The notes beneath the pieces were generated by a model. It was not told the DNA's origin, ran no database searches, and was given only the letters and a program-made list of their open reading frames with translations. Positions 1 to 12,534 of a DNA stretch of 64,000 nt are shown here, piece by piece (within the stretch, counting starts at the first letter, position 1; the number at the start of each line of letters is the position of its first letter). Origin of the DNA: Lama glama (Eukaryota); the NCBI GenBank assembly GCA_028534125.1, contig CM052818.1, forward strand, positions 35,838,001 through 35,902,000. The letters run 5' to 3'. The translations under genes and the position numbers were made by a program.

Positions 1-780
1 TTCACATAGAATACTGTTCATGCATTTAAAGCCTACAATTCAATGTTTTTTAGAGTCATACAACCACCATCACAATAAATTTTAGAATATTTTTATCACC
101 CCAAGAAGAAACCCCATAACCTTTAGCAGTCACTCCTCATTTCCCCAAACCCAAGGCAGCCATCAACCTACTTTCCATCTCTACAGATTTGCCTATTCTA
201 GACATTTTATATAAATGGAATCATATAATATGTAGTCCTTTGTGACTGGCACCTTTTGCTAGCATAATGTGTTCCAGATTCATCTATGGTAAAGCATTTG
301 TCAGTACTTCACTTCCTTTTATTGCAAAATAATATGCCACTGTACAGGTGTACGTCATTTTATTTACTCATTGATCAGTAGATAGGTGTATGGGTTGTTT
401 CCACTTTTTGACTATTTATGAATAATGCTGTTATGTACACTTGTGTACAAGTTTTTGTGTGGACATGTTTTCATTTCTCTTAGGTAAGTGGACCTTTAGG
501 TGGACTTGCTGGGCCATATGGTAACGCTATGTTTAACATTTTGAGAAACTATTGACTGGTTTCCAAAGTGGTCTCTCATTGTGGTTTTTAATTTGTATTT
601 CTCTCATGGCTAATATTGTGAATCAAATTATGCATGTTTTTCATGTGCTTATTAGTCATCTGCACATCTTCTTTATAGAAATGTCTATCCAGAGCCTTTG
701 CCCATTTTAAAAAATTGGGTTTTTTTTTCTTTATTATTATGATACAGGAGTTTCTCTTTTAGTTCTAAGACATACTCCCT
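1..780 (-). mobile_element. Old LINE-1 3' portion (L1MB-like)
   Basis: Typical antisense L1 3'UTR/ORF2-end text: atttgcctattctagacattttatataaatggaatcat, gggttgtttccactttttgactatt, gaaatgtctatccagagcctttgcccatttt. Confidence 0.85.
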
Positions 781-904
781 TCATCATTTCATCATTTGTA
801 ACAAGAAGACAGGTTTTTAAAATAGTTCCAAAAAGACATACCATCAAGTCCAAGTGCATTAAGTAATTATGCATGAAAAGCAAAACACTTAAAATTTTAC
901 ACAA

Positions 905-1038
905 AATATGAAAACAAATATATGCGTGTTCATGTATGACTAATGCATTATGCTGTACACCAGAAATTGACACAGCATTGTAAACTGACTCTCTCTCTCT
1001 TTCCCTCTCTCTCTATATATATACATACATACATATAT
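905..1038 (+). mobile_element. Short lineage-specific L1 3' end with a (CT)n/(TA)n/(CATA)n tail
   Basis: tatgctgtacaccagaaattgacacagcattgtaaactgact closely matches the L1 3' end at 54907-55074. Confidence 0.75.
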
Positions 1039-1064
1039 AAAATTTAGGCAAAACCTAAGGCAGG

Positions 1065-1352
1065 AGTGGCCATATCACTGGCCTAAGAGAAGTTGAACAG
1101 AAGTGACATGAGATTTCTGAGTCTTTTTCTTAAAGGGAAAGAAGCATGCCTTCCTGTTTTCTTCTTTCTCCTCGTCAGCTGGGATGTGGACAGGTGAGCC
1201 ATGTATGACCACATGGATAATGGTAATATCCTAGGAACGTATAGTAAAAGAGTTGGAAGGAAACTGAACCTCTGACACATACCTAGACTATCTTGTTAAA
1301 GCCACTGAACTTTGGCTCCCTTGCTACAGTTAGCCTTGCCTGTATTCTAATA
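1065..1352 (+). mobile_element. MaLR LTR fragment (MLT1I/J-like)
   Basis: Motifs gagcc...gaccacatgga...ggaaggaaactgaacctctga and tcttgttaaagccactg...ttgctacag resemble MLT1 LTR 3' halves. Confidence 0.6.
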
Positions 1353-1439
1353 CATTCCACATTTCTCAATAACATGCTTATGTGCTATATTCTGATTGTG
1401 TCCATGTTAAACAAACTCTATTAACATGCTATCATGAAA

Positions 1440-3330
1440 GGAAAGAATTTAATTTACTTACATCAACCATCTAGACACACATTTCCCCTCTTCCAAGTAT
1501 ACTTACAATAATTTTTAGAGCAGTCAGTATTTAATATCTATGTTACTATGGCTACAGAAATAATAGTTCACAAATGAGTCAAGGTGTGTGCTATAGTTTA
1601 TAATTCTCATAATTTGTGTTTCAGTTTTTTTGTAAAGTTTGACTCATCTCTAAACTCTCCTCCAGGGCTGAGAAATTCCTCTCAATGTGGTCTGTTATCA
1701 GATACTTTATATGTTCCATTTTTTCCCCACAAAAATACTCCTCCTAGAGTCTCTATCCACCTTCTCCAATTAGAACTGGCCACTTTTTTAGTCTGCTGCT
1801 CAATTGTAATCCTGGGTCTCCTCTACCTTTCTTTTGTTAAGATTCTACACTTTCCCTGGGTTAAGATCTATGCCTTTCTTTCTTGGTTTATTATCTTGGT
1901 CTTGATAGGTATTTCTGAAAAAAGTACATAGGAGGTAACATTTTTGAGGCTTTTAAGGTCTGAAAATGCCTTTATTTTGAGCTCATATTTCATTTGGATG
2001 GGCACAGGACCCTAGGTCCAGAATTCTCATTTTCAGTGGTTAGTTATTCAGAAATCTGGACCCTTCTGAAAGTAATCTAGTATGTGTCTGTTTTTTCTTC
2101 TCTCTTGTTTTTTCTCTCTGGTGTCGGGACATTGTGCACTGGTGTGCGTTTTTTACCCCCACTGTGCTGGGCATTACATGTGTGCTTTCAATCTGGAAAC
2201 CCATCTCTCTCTAATTCTGTGAATTGTTTTTGTTTTTGCTTTTCTGTATTAGTTCTTACAATTTCTTCCCTTCTATTTGGTCTATTCTCTTTTTCTGGAA
2301 CTAATTTATCTCCTGAACTAATCCTATACATTCTTTATCTTTCTCTTGTTTTCCACTGCTTGTTTTTCTATTTTATTTTCTAAGGAATTTCTTCAAATTA
2401 TCTTTCAATACTTTATTCTTTTATTCAACAAATATTCACTGAAAGTCTACTATGTAGCCGGGAACTGCTTTAGGTATTGAGGATACAATGGTGAACAAAC
2501 AAAAATCCACACTCTCATGAAGCTCTAGTGAGGGTAGGCAGACAATACATAAATAAAATGTGTAATATGTTAGATGTAAAAAATACCATGGGAAAAATAA
2601 ATCAAAGAAGATGTAGAGAGGTAGGGGTGTGTATGTTTATTAGGTTACTGATGGACAAGTTCAATGAGAAGAAATATTTGAACAAAGACATAAAAGGGAT
2701 GAGGGAGTGAACCTTGTGTATAGCCAGGGACAAGCACTCTAGACAGAGGGAACAGGCAGTGCAAATACCTGAGGCAGAGAGTGCCTGGTGTGGTTGGGGC
2801 AGAGGGTAGGAGCAGGCAAAGAGTAAAAAACATGGTAATGAGGTAAAGTTTTTCTTCAGCTATCCTGATTTTAAGTTCCAAAAGTTATTTATTATTTTAA
2901 ATGTTTCATTTTATAGCATCTTATTCCTGTTTCACAGATGAAATATCCTCCCTTTTGTCTCTGAGGGGCTGTTTGATGGTTTTACATTTTCTTCTTCTTC
3001 CTCTGAGTTCTCTTTTTTCTGTTCGTTTGCCTGATATGTTCTCTTTTACAATACAGACTTTCCTCAAATATCTGGATTTTTAATCATATTAAAAAGTGAG
3101 GTATTAAAATCCTGGCTGGCAGCTGTGTGAAGAGTGGGGCCAAGGCAAAGAGCTGATTTTTTCATCTGGGGATCAATCCAAACTGTCAGTGTCTATGTGT
3201 CTTTCCCTTTGGACTGCTTCATTTCCCCAGAGGAATCCTCCCATCCTCAGCTGAGGGAGCGTTAGCCAGGCTGCCAGGGTTACCAGACTGAGCAGCGGCC
3301 ATCCAGCCTCTTGCTGGCTCTCGTCTCTGA
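1440..3330 (-). mobile_element. Old L1/HAL1-like 5'/ORF1 region interrupted by an L2
   Basis: T-rich antisense ORF1-like text (tctgaaaatgcctttattttg, tttcaatctggaaacc, gaatttcttcaaattatctttc). Similar to 27005-28445. Confidence 0.55.
2415..2835 (-). mobile_element. L2 LINE 3' fragment
   Basis: ttattcaacaaatattcactgaaagtctactatgt...gaggatacaatggtgaacaaac is the antisense L2 3' end. Confidence 0.8.
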
Positions 3331-3757
3331 AAACCTAAAACACCAGTAAAAGTAAAAGTAATTCAGGGTTTCCTCAGAGAAGACTGTTTCCTCCACCCAG
3401 AGCCCAGGCAGAGACAAGCTTGTTATTCAGATGGAGGGATTTTCCTACTTCTAAGTTACTGTCTTCCAACTCTATGCCAGGGCCTCAGGTCTGATACCAC
3501 AACCTGAATGTCCTGACTCCATCCCTTATGGGGTCTCATAATCTTTCAAGGCAACCAGTTTTCAAGATAACTTAGTAAGTCACTTTGCTATAAAAGAAGG
3601 GTCTCAGATTCACGTTCTAAAATAAACAGCATCTAAACAAAAATGTTTCTTTAATAAAATTACAAAGTTGAATGCAATTTCTTAACAATAAAATCACATA
3701 TTGTAAATGTCTTAAAAACAAAACACAAAGCCAAAGATTTTCGTTTGTTTGTTTTAC

Positions 3758-3924
3758 CTTGTTCCATTCTCTTCATTAGCTGTATTTGATCGACTGTCTT
3801 CTTCAGTATCTTGCATTTGTCTGGCTTTACACTCAAGCTGTCAATGTCACTAATGTTGGCAGACAATAACTCAGCTAGCTCTTCTAAATATTTGTTTTCT
3901 TGCTCCCTGCGCCTCTTTTCAGTG
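3758..3924 (-). CDS. NCOA1: NCOA1 second coding exon, bHLH region ([56 protein letters not shown])
   Basis: Acceptor ttctttgtgtaacag|C (AG at 3926-3925); donor CAAG|gtaaaa (GT at 3757-3756). The 167-nt exon joins the previous exon in frame (AG+C = Ser). The peptide matches the SRC-1 bHLH and lies inside ORF 3660..3935. The gene continues beyond position 1. Confidence 0.97.
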
Positions 3925-6279
3925 CTGTTACACAAAGAAAATCCAGTTACTGTACATTTCTACCATCTTATTTTCTTTTCTGTTCAAGTATTTAATATTT
4001 ATATACTTATAGACTCGTATTTTTATCCAGACTATAAAACTAGATTCAGAAAACAATATAAATATCTAAAATACATACAAATAACTTTTATCATAGATGT
4101 ATTTCCTCAATGATATATATACATTGAATATTTCAAATAATCAATGAATACTAGATATTAAAAAGAAGCATACAGTACACATACTAGTGGAATTTGAAAT
4201 TATTATCCATTCTAAACAATAACTTTTTATAATAGAAAATCTGAATTTTCAAATAACTTTGTTGTAAATTAAGCAGGGCAGACTATACTAGAGTTCAAAT
4301 AAATTATGAGAAATCTGACAAAGTCTTGATTCTTATAATGATCAGACAGTTAGTCCTCATCAAAAAGAAAAAAGCATCCATCCAAAACGTAAAATAAAAA
4401 GAACAGTATATCAATAATTAGAGACAAAGGTACAGAGAAAAACGTCTGTTGTATACAATTTTGTTCTAAAAAAATTAGAAAAAAACTATGTATAAGCTCT
4501 CATTAATGTAATAAATAAAATCAAACTCAATTTACCTTAAAGCAAAATAATGATAACAAAGGATAACAGTGCAAACAGCTAGCACTTTACATTGATTCAA
4601 ACATATCAGATGAATATTGTTCATTTTTGTTTTCTAGTCTTTACCCCTTGTTTATTTAACCAAGTCATCAGGCACCGTGTTTATGTAACACATACAGACA
4701 GTAAAGTACTACTTTAAATAAATCTTTCTATTATCAACATAATAAGAAAGACTGGTCACAAGTAGCTCTTTGTTTTACAAGAAACAATCAAAATTACTTG
4801 ACTGCATATAAAAACGGTAGAAAAAGAGAAGCGAAAAGAGGGAAAGATCAGTTGCTAAAAAGTTCTTAATTAGCAACAATTAAAATACCATTTACTTTTC
4901 ACAATAAAAAAAACTACAAAAGTGAAAGTATTTACATAAAGACGCAGTAAGTTGAAAAGAGCCAAGTCAACTAATCGAATGTACTTACCGACATGAAACA
5001 AAATACTACAAAATGGTACACATCCCAAAACAAAACCAAATTTTAAAACCGTAAGAATCACAGTTCTGTCTTTAACTTTTAATTATTTCATTACTGAGAA
5101 ATTAATCCCATTTTGCTTAGTAAAACTTTATCTTACAATGTTCACAGCAAGTTCTATTGTAGTGAGATATTTTGACAAATTTCACACCAAGGCACTGAAA
5201 ATGAAGTAAGAAGAAAATGAGTAACATACTTTTTTTTTAAAAAGATATATACAAGGTTTTAGAGAACTCCAGTTCTGTAACCTGACAATATTTTGGAGGA
5301 CATCTGATTTTACCTTAGAGAAACTGATTATTATTGACTTATTAAGTAGATTCAGTCTAAAGTATGATTTGTTGAAATTTATGGGTCTGAATTCCAACAT
5401 GAGTAAATTGGATTCACTTGCTGGGACTCCCAAATCTGTTTTTGACATTAACTTTTATGTAAAACCAAAGTGCTTGAAACCACTGTAGAGTAAAAGAAAA
5501 CTAAGAGTAATAGAATTGGGCAGGATCAGACAGAGAGGTGACAAAGGAAGCAAGAAGCTGAAAGTAATGAAATGGTGAGAGGTGTCTATAAAATGCCCTA
5601 AGAATGAGACCAGGAAAATCACCATGAAATGAAGAAACCAGCAAGCAAAAGTAGAAAATGAGAGCAGATTTATTCAAATAAGGTCAAAACTGAAGGAAAG
5701 ATGGAGATGATAAAACAAATTCTACCTTAATGGAAAAGAAGGCCTCATTACTTTGGCCATCTACACTTCTCTTCTCACTTACCCACTTTATTTCTATTTA
5801 CATTACATATATGTTACTTAATGCTAATAAGACTTAACTTCTCATGTATCTTTTTTCTTCACCTTACTATGTTTCCACCAAATGCTCCTATACTTTTATT
5901 ATGTGCCAGATAATTATGTACTGCGTCCTGGGCATCCAGGAGTAAATTAGTCATAGCCCCAAGAGCAAAGTGGGAGAACAAAGAAAAGGAACCATCATAA
6001 AACTATGTGACAAGATTATAATAGTACTATAGAAGCACACAGAGATGGCACCTAGAGAAATGAGATGTCTAAACCTAGTGGTGGGGAGAGACTGGTATCC
6101 TAAAATATAAAAACACCTTCTTCAAATGTAAAAGTGAGAGTGAAAATGTCAAGTTAAAGAACCAATAAATAGCTCAGTATGGCTGAACCACAGATGATTA
6201 GAAACGAAAGGGCAAGAGATGAGGTCTGAGCCAGATCACAAGGGCTCTTGCATATACTGTAATAAAGAACATGACAGAT

Positions 6280-6515
6280 TGCTTAAAAACACAAGTTCAA
6301 ACTTCCCCTGTCACTTACTAGCTAAGCAACCCTGGAAAAGTTACTTAACAGCAATTTAACTTCTCTAAGCTTCCATTTCTTTATCTGTAAAACAGGGATA
6401 ATGACAATTACCTTATAGGGTTTTGTGAGGATTAAACAAGATAATAACCTATAAAATGCTTGGCACAGTTCCTGTCATATACTATTAGTTCAATAAATGT
6501 TATCTATTATCATCA
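6280..6515 (+). mobile_element. MIR SINE
   Basis: Core cacttactagct...ttacttaac...tttctttatctgtaaaacagggataat...gtgaggattaaa...tcaataaatgtt. Confidence 0.9.
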
Positions 6516-6577
6516 CTTCATGATTCTTTATTTTCAGGGCAAGGGAGAGCCCAGAATAAGAAAGAGAATGAGTGTCA

Positions 6578-6695
6578 TTTGTAAGCTTCTTGAAGACAGA
6601 AAGCATGTTTCACACTTCACATATATCCTTATAACATCGTGCACGTGGTGTTGGTTGAATAGTAGGCATTTAATAAAGCACTTGTTGAGCTGAAC
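6578..6695 (+). mobile_element. L2 3' end
   Basis: tgtaagcttcttgaagacaga...tagtaggcatttaataaagcacttgttgag. Confidence 0.65.
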
Positions 6696-7029
6696 TGGAA
6701 ATGTTAAGCACAAGGCACAGCTATTTACCATTTAAAAACTGGCATTTTAATCCTCATTCTCCTAGAAGAGTTAAGAAATGGAGAAGACGTAACAGGAAGG
6801 AAATTCAAGACATTTCACCCCACCAAAAAATTACTGAGAAACTCTCCTATCTAGAGCTCTTATACACAGGGCTGGCAATATCCTGAGAACTCACATATGC
6901 TCTTTATGATTAATGAGTTCACAATCTGCTTGGCAAGATAGCATTATAAGAGCAAAACCAAAAGAAGTATTACAAGGTGGTACTCATGTACAGACTCAAT
7001 TTCAAAGTCAAAAATTTTTAGTTAACCAT

Positions 7030-8880
7030 ATCAAAAATATCACTTAATTAAAACCAAAGCCCATACTTTTAAACCTGAAGGAGAGAATGTTTTCAAATAT
7101 TTTTAAAGCAAATGTGCAAAGATAATTATCTTTAAGACATCGAAGAAGAGGAAAATAAATGAAATTTTTGATATTTGTAATATGATTATGTATACACACA
7201 AAAAAGACAAGATCTACACATAAACTATTAAAATAAATAAGAAAGTTCAGAACAATTGATGGATATGAGATCAACACCCCTAAATCATTAGCATTCCTAA
7301 ACACTAAATAACTGCCAGTTAGAAATGCAATAGGCAAAATGATACTTCTAAAAGCAATAAAAATTGTATGGTACCCTGGAATATATTTGATTAAAGATAG
7401 GCTAGACATTCAAAGGGGAAAATTATAAACTATTATTGAAGAGCAATGAAGACTTGAATAAGTGAAAAGCCTTTATATTCATAAATAAGAGCACTCTAGA
7501 ACTTAGGAAATGAAAATGTCAATTCTCCCCAACTTAATTCATAAAAGTAATGGAATTCTAATCCAAATCCCAGCAGGAATTTTTTCAGGGGAAACTTAAA
7601 AGACTGATTCTAAAATCTGAATGGAAGAGTAAAGGACCAAGAACAGGGAAAACAATTTTGAAAAATAACAAGGAAGAGTGACTTGCCCCATCAGATATAA
7701 AGGTGATTGTCAAGTGAAAGTTCAAAATCAGATGCCTATCTATGCAGGAACTAGGTTTCTGATAAAGGTAACAGCACAAAAGCAAAGGAAAGGATATGGT
7801 TATAATCACCAACATTCTATATAGGGAAAAAAATTAGGCGCCTACATTATACCATACAGACAAATAAATCTCCGATTAGTTAAAACTCTTAAAGTATATT
7901 AGAAGAAAATACACAGAAATATATTTGAGGCCTTGAGATAGAGGAAAACAATTCTTAAACAAGACCCTTTAAAAACCCTAGGTTCTAAGGTATCTCAACA
8001 GACATCGTAAATAGAAATAAACAGACTGGGAGAAGATATTTGCATCAAATATAAGCAAAAAAAGAGTAGAAATTTAGCTAGAAAATTAAACATAACTCTT
8101 ACAAATAAAAAGCGAAAGCACAAACTATCCAGCAGAAATATGGCCAAAGACACAACCAGGAAATTCACAGAAGAGGAAAACGAATAAAACAATGAAAACA
8201 AAAATCATGATCAACTTATCTAGTTATCAGGGAAATGTACTTAAAATTATAACCCCACACCCATCAGACTGGCAAAAAATTAAAGTGAGGAGAAAATAGT
8301 GTGGGTTAAAACATGAGTAAAAAGGAACTCCCAATGCTTATTATTTGAAGAACAATGTGGTAATTACCCAGTTAACATAAAAATCTGCACAGATCCTAAA
8401 TAAACTCTCATGTATATAAAACATGAGGTGTGTATGAGGTGTTCCCTTCAGAAGAGCTGGCTGTAAGAGTGAAAATTTGTAACAAAAAGGTTGTTTATCC
8501 ATAGGAAATGTCTATCTGAGGAAAATAGATTTTTCAAATGTGGCATATTCATATAGTACAATATTTATCAAAACTTAACAGAACTGTTTATGTATCTTAA
8601 GATCCATGCTGAAAAAGTATATTGTAGAAAAATATATACAGTATTATATAATATGTAAATTTAATAAACATTCTATATTGGGATACTCATATAAACATAA
8701 TTATTAAAAATAGATTGAAAGAATTAATTAGAGTTAAATAAATTTAATCATTAATCATTTTACTACTTCTATTTAAACAAGACTGCAAATGTGATAAAAT
8801 ATTTAAAAATACTAAGAATATGGCAAAATATTATCAATTATATATGATGGGTATATGCAGTTTCCTAGTCTATTCTTTTG
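7030..8880 (+). mobile_element. Degenerate old L1 (L1ME-like) ORF2 and 3' fragments
   Basis: A-rich ORF2 remnants: aaaatgtcaattctccccaacttaattc, gactgattctaaaatctgaatggaagagtaaagg, gactgggagaagatatttgca. Confidence 0.8.
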
Positions 8881-8905
8881 TTGATTTAAAAAATTTCCCC
8901 AAATA

Positions 8906-9040
8906 GGGGAGAGGGTATAGCTCAAACGGCAGAAAGCATGCTTAGCATGCACAAGGTCCTTGGTTCAATCCCTAGTATCTCCTCTAAAAGTAAATAAATA
9001 AATAAATCCAACTACCTCTCCCAACAAATAAAAATTTTTT
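8906..9040 (+). mobile_element. tRNA-Ala-derived camelid SINE (Vic-1 type)
   Basis: GGGGAGAGGGTATAGCTCAAACGG (A box)...GGTTCAATCCC (B box), then (TAAA)n and an A-rich tail. The 17-bp TSD aaaaatt(t/c)ccccaaata lies at 8889-8905 and 9041-9057 (1 mismatch). Confidence 0.9.
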
Positions 9041-9408
9041 AAAAATTCCCCCAAATAAAAATGTAATGTGAAGGTAATGGCTTTATTTATTTATTCTTAA
9101 ATTTCCCTTTAAGAAGGACTGAGCTATATATAGATATAAACAAGCACATTAACTTTGACAACACAAACTTCGATTGCACTTGATCTCAGCATTCCTCCTC
9201 TCATCTAGACACTTATCTATGATTATGAGTACTTAGATTATTATCTCTCTATGACAGTTCTCTGAACTGATTAAGAGAAATAGTCACTTTTCTTTCTCTA
9301 GTCTGCCCTGGCACTCTCCTATTAAAATTCTTTCTTTGTCCCCTCATGAGAAAAAAAGCACATGTAATCCAATGACAAAAGAGTCTTCTATTGTTTTACG
9401 CTCCAGAT

Positions 9409-9656
9409 TAATGATTATCAACTTGGGGCCATAGTGCTTTTCTGGTCCCCAGGGATATTTGACAATGTTGGGAGACATTTTTGGTTATCACAATTAATAT
9501 GACATTTTGTTATCATAAGTGATAAAAGGTGCTACTGGTATCTAGTCTATAGAAGCCAGGGATATTGCTAAATATCCTATGATAAACAGATAGCTTCCCA
9601 CAACAAAGAATTTATCTTGCCAACAATGTCAACACTGTGGAGGTTGAGAAATCTTG
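9409..9656 (+). mobile_element. MER20-like hAT-Charlie non-autonomous DNA transposon
   Basis: Internal ggagacatttttggttatcacaa...gtgctactggtatctag...gaggttgagaaatcttg. The 8-bp TSD is ctc(c/t)agat at 9401-9408 and 9657-9664. Confidence 0.88.
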
Positions 9657-9939
9657 CTCTAGATCCTAGAAGGTAAATGGAGAAAATCTCCAACTCTTTC
9701 TCTCAGGTAGGAAGCTGCTCTTTTGATCTGATTGAGATTCCTTCTCTGTCTGGCATCTGTTAGAGTCTTCTTAGCTATAATTCTCTTTTGCCTATTTAAG
9801 ATGACCATGTTCCTTGTAACACAAATTTTAATTCCACAAATGCTCATTCTTTAAAATCTTAATATTATAACAATTTATTTCTTTGTTCCAATAATACCAT
9901 AATGTTCTGAGGTAGCAGTTAAAGGTGTACAATGGATTT

Positions 9940-10400
9940 ATTTATTCATTTGACAAACATTTACTGTGTTCTTACTATATATAAATCATGCATTGTGCTA
10001 GGGACTAGGGATAAAATGGTGAGCAAGAACAGACAAGTAGTTCTTTTCAAGCGGCAACTTAGCACGTAGTGGAAAAGCCAGAGGATTCACAAAATAAGCA
10101 CACTAGTAAAAACCTGAAAATTATGGATTATAGGTATAAAAATACATGTGAAATAGATACATGAGTGGGGGAGATTTGGAAAACCTCCTAATAGTTATGG
10201 GAGGAAGAGAAGGCTCCCTTTAAGGAAGGAATGACTAAACTAGCATTTGGAGAATGCATGTGTGTTGACTACAGGAAACTGAGAGGGAGCAAACTGGTTG
10301 AGGGAGCAGCACGTATAAAGAAAGGCCCTGGGGAAGGAAGAGAAAGTGGTGAGTATGAGGGACTCAGAGGAGGCCAGTAAACTTGAAGTAGATAAAGTGA
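9940..10400 (-). mobile_element. L2 fragment
   Basis: ttattcatttgacaaacatttactg...tgtgctagggactagggataaaatggtgagcaag. Confidence 0.7.
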
Positions 10401-10457
10401 CAATGAAAATGATATAGCAGCTCTGCCAGAAAAAGACTAAGAAAAGAGTGTTCCTAC

Positions 10458-10546
10458 CTTGATGCCAGTGTGTCACATGGCGATCCTTTTCTCTTATGGG
10501 AGTCTGGGTTAGCAGGGTCAGATGAACTGTCCCCAAGGCCACTCAT
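10458..10546 (-). CDS. NCOA1: NCOA1/SRC-1 first coding exon, coding part (MSGLGDSSSDPANPDSHKRKGSPCDTLAS + split Ser codon)
   Basis: The minus strand reads tttttag|GTGTGAAGTTTTTCAAC ATG AGT GGC CTT GGG GAC AGT...GCA TCA AG|gtagga. ATG is at 10546 (A at -3) and the GT donor at 10457-10456. The 89 coding nt end in phase 2. The translation matches the known SRC-1 N-terminus. The ORF track shows only another frame here. Confidence 0.97.
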
Positions 10547-10563
10547 GTTGAAAAACTTCACAC
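10547..10563 (-). other. NCOA1: 17-nt 5'UTR portion of the NCOA1 start-codon exon
   Basis: The AG acceptor at 10565-10564 follows a pyrimidine tract (ttttctgtcctttttag). Confidence 0.9.
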
Positions 10564-12092
10564 CTAAAAAGGACAGAAAACGGTAAGAAATCTACCCTAA
10601 CGAATTTTCCAACCATAAGGGAGGAAGAAGCTCCCTACGGTTAGAAAATATCTAAACACTGTAGTCTCTCAATGAATAGAGAAGCACAGCCATCATAAAA
10701 GCATCCACATCTAAACAAAGCACAGGAGTCATCAGCTATAGTGTTTCTACACTTTCTGTGTCTGTAAAATAAAATTAGTCATCCTTTACTAAATCACAGA
10801 GATCAGTTAGGATGAAAATACTGTTAGAATAATTAAATGGACAATGAGTTTTTTAAAGAGAAAAATCACATGTAAATGTAAAAACTGACTGTATAAGAGT
10901 CAGAGACATTATTTTTTATATTTATTTATGTTACACTCTACTTTGAAAAGGATTTAAAACAACTTTTATTCATAAGGTTTGAGATTTTATATTGATAAGA
11001 AAAGAAACAATACATACATGATTAAAGTTAAAACGATGAACTAGACTTCAATTTTGAATTATACTTACCAACTCTGAATTCTATACTCCTAACCTTGTGT
11101 TTATGTAGTCAGGCGACAAAGATCAAATGTTTAGTCTATGTTAGGATCTTGGTATAGATGCCAGAGAACACAAAGTCATTTCCCCCGTCATGCCAGCCAG
11201 GTTTCTCTCTCTCACATGCTGTGCCAGGTAGTGACCGCACTTAAAGATCCCTTCTGGTCTGCCCCCATCAACCACTGTTCTGTGGAATCCCTAATGAAAC
11301 TCAGAATCTTATCTCTGGCCTTATATTCATCACTACCTTTTGGATTTTATTAGTGCCCAAAAACATATCTCTCCATTCTCTTTCACTCCATCTATCCTTA
11401 TAAAAGGAGAGAAAGTTCTGGTTAAGTGGGAAAAAAATCTTTAACTTTTCCTTTAATTCCAAAATTATTAAATAACTACAGTGCCATGTGTTAGCAGCCA
11501 GGCTTGTAAAGTTTATTATAAAGACTGCTGAGATCCATAAGAATTTCTCACATGGCTTTAATTAATATGTCTGAGTAAATCCTTTTTCTCTAGCCCTAAA
11601 CTTACTCTGCCTCCAGCTCCTTCTCAGTACTAAAGACTGCCATATCCCCTTTTTGTTATAAAAATATTACCCAAAATTCTAATCATGAATTTATTATTCC
11701 ATGTAACCAAAAAGGCATATTTCTAATTTCTCCATATCAGAAGTACAGGTTATGAAAATTTCCAACTCCTAGGTTTGCAATCTTGTAGTTATTTCTTACT
11801 CTTCTCTTTTACTCCTCATTTCATATTGGTATCCATGTCCTGTCAATTCTTTTTGTTAACAGGAGATCTTACAACGGTCCCTCCTCTTTCATTCTCAGAT
11901 ACAGTTATGATCCATATTTGGAAGCATATACCTCATTCTAGATTCATACAAGATCCTTTTACCTTGTTTGTCAATCACAGTCATTCTCACTTCTAGTCTT
12001 GTCCTATATACAGGAGCAAAACCATTCCTGCTCAAATGGCATTTTCCAGATATCACTTCCCTGATGAAGAATCAGCTTGATCCCCTCTACTG

Positions 12093-12315
12093 GAGCATGG
12101 TGGTTAAAAGCATGGGCATTGGGCAGAAAGGCCCTGCTTAATCACTACCTGCCTATTCTTAGGTCAAGTGCTTAATCTCCTTAAACGTACTTCCTCGTCT
12201 GTAACATAGTGATGATAACTGCACTTACCTATCTTTACATGTGTTGTGAAGAATGAACGAATAGAGAACTTAAGAGTGCACACTAAGTTCCTGGAGAATG
12301 ATGGCTATTGCTGTC
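12093..12315 (+). mobile_element. MIR
   Basis: gcatggtggttaaaagcatgggc...ttcctcgtctgtaacatagtgatgataac...gttgtgaagaatgaa. Confidence 0.8.
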
Positions 12316-12534
12316 TCCCCTTTAGACCAAGAGCTCCATGAGGGGTAGTGTTCACTCAGTGGGTAACTCATCCCATACTTCCTCGATAAGTACATTGGAT
12401 ATTTTTCATTCCTTCATTCATTAGTGCTCAATAAATGCTAACTGTTATTGTTATTATTTTACCAGACTACTTTGGGCAGCATTTGGAACTGTTTCCTTCT
12501 GGAAATATTGTCATCCATTGGCTTCTGGGACCCT

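Noticed and set aside
3660..3935. 91-aa ORF as a standalone small bHLH gene
   Set aside because: It is an internal NCOA1 exon (3924-3758) with canonical splice sites; the flanking residues are intron read-through.
8906..8985. Functional tRNA-Ala gene (also at 19396)
   Set aside because: Both copies continue into a shared non-tRNA body and A-rich tail, this one has a TSD, and the stems are mutated. They are SINE heads.
10240..10542. 100-aa minus-strand ORF over the start exon
   Set aside because: It starts at a GTG out of frame with the true ATG at 10546 and runs into intron and L2 sequence.
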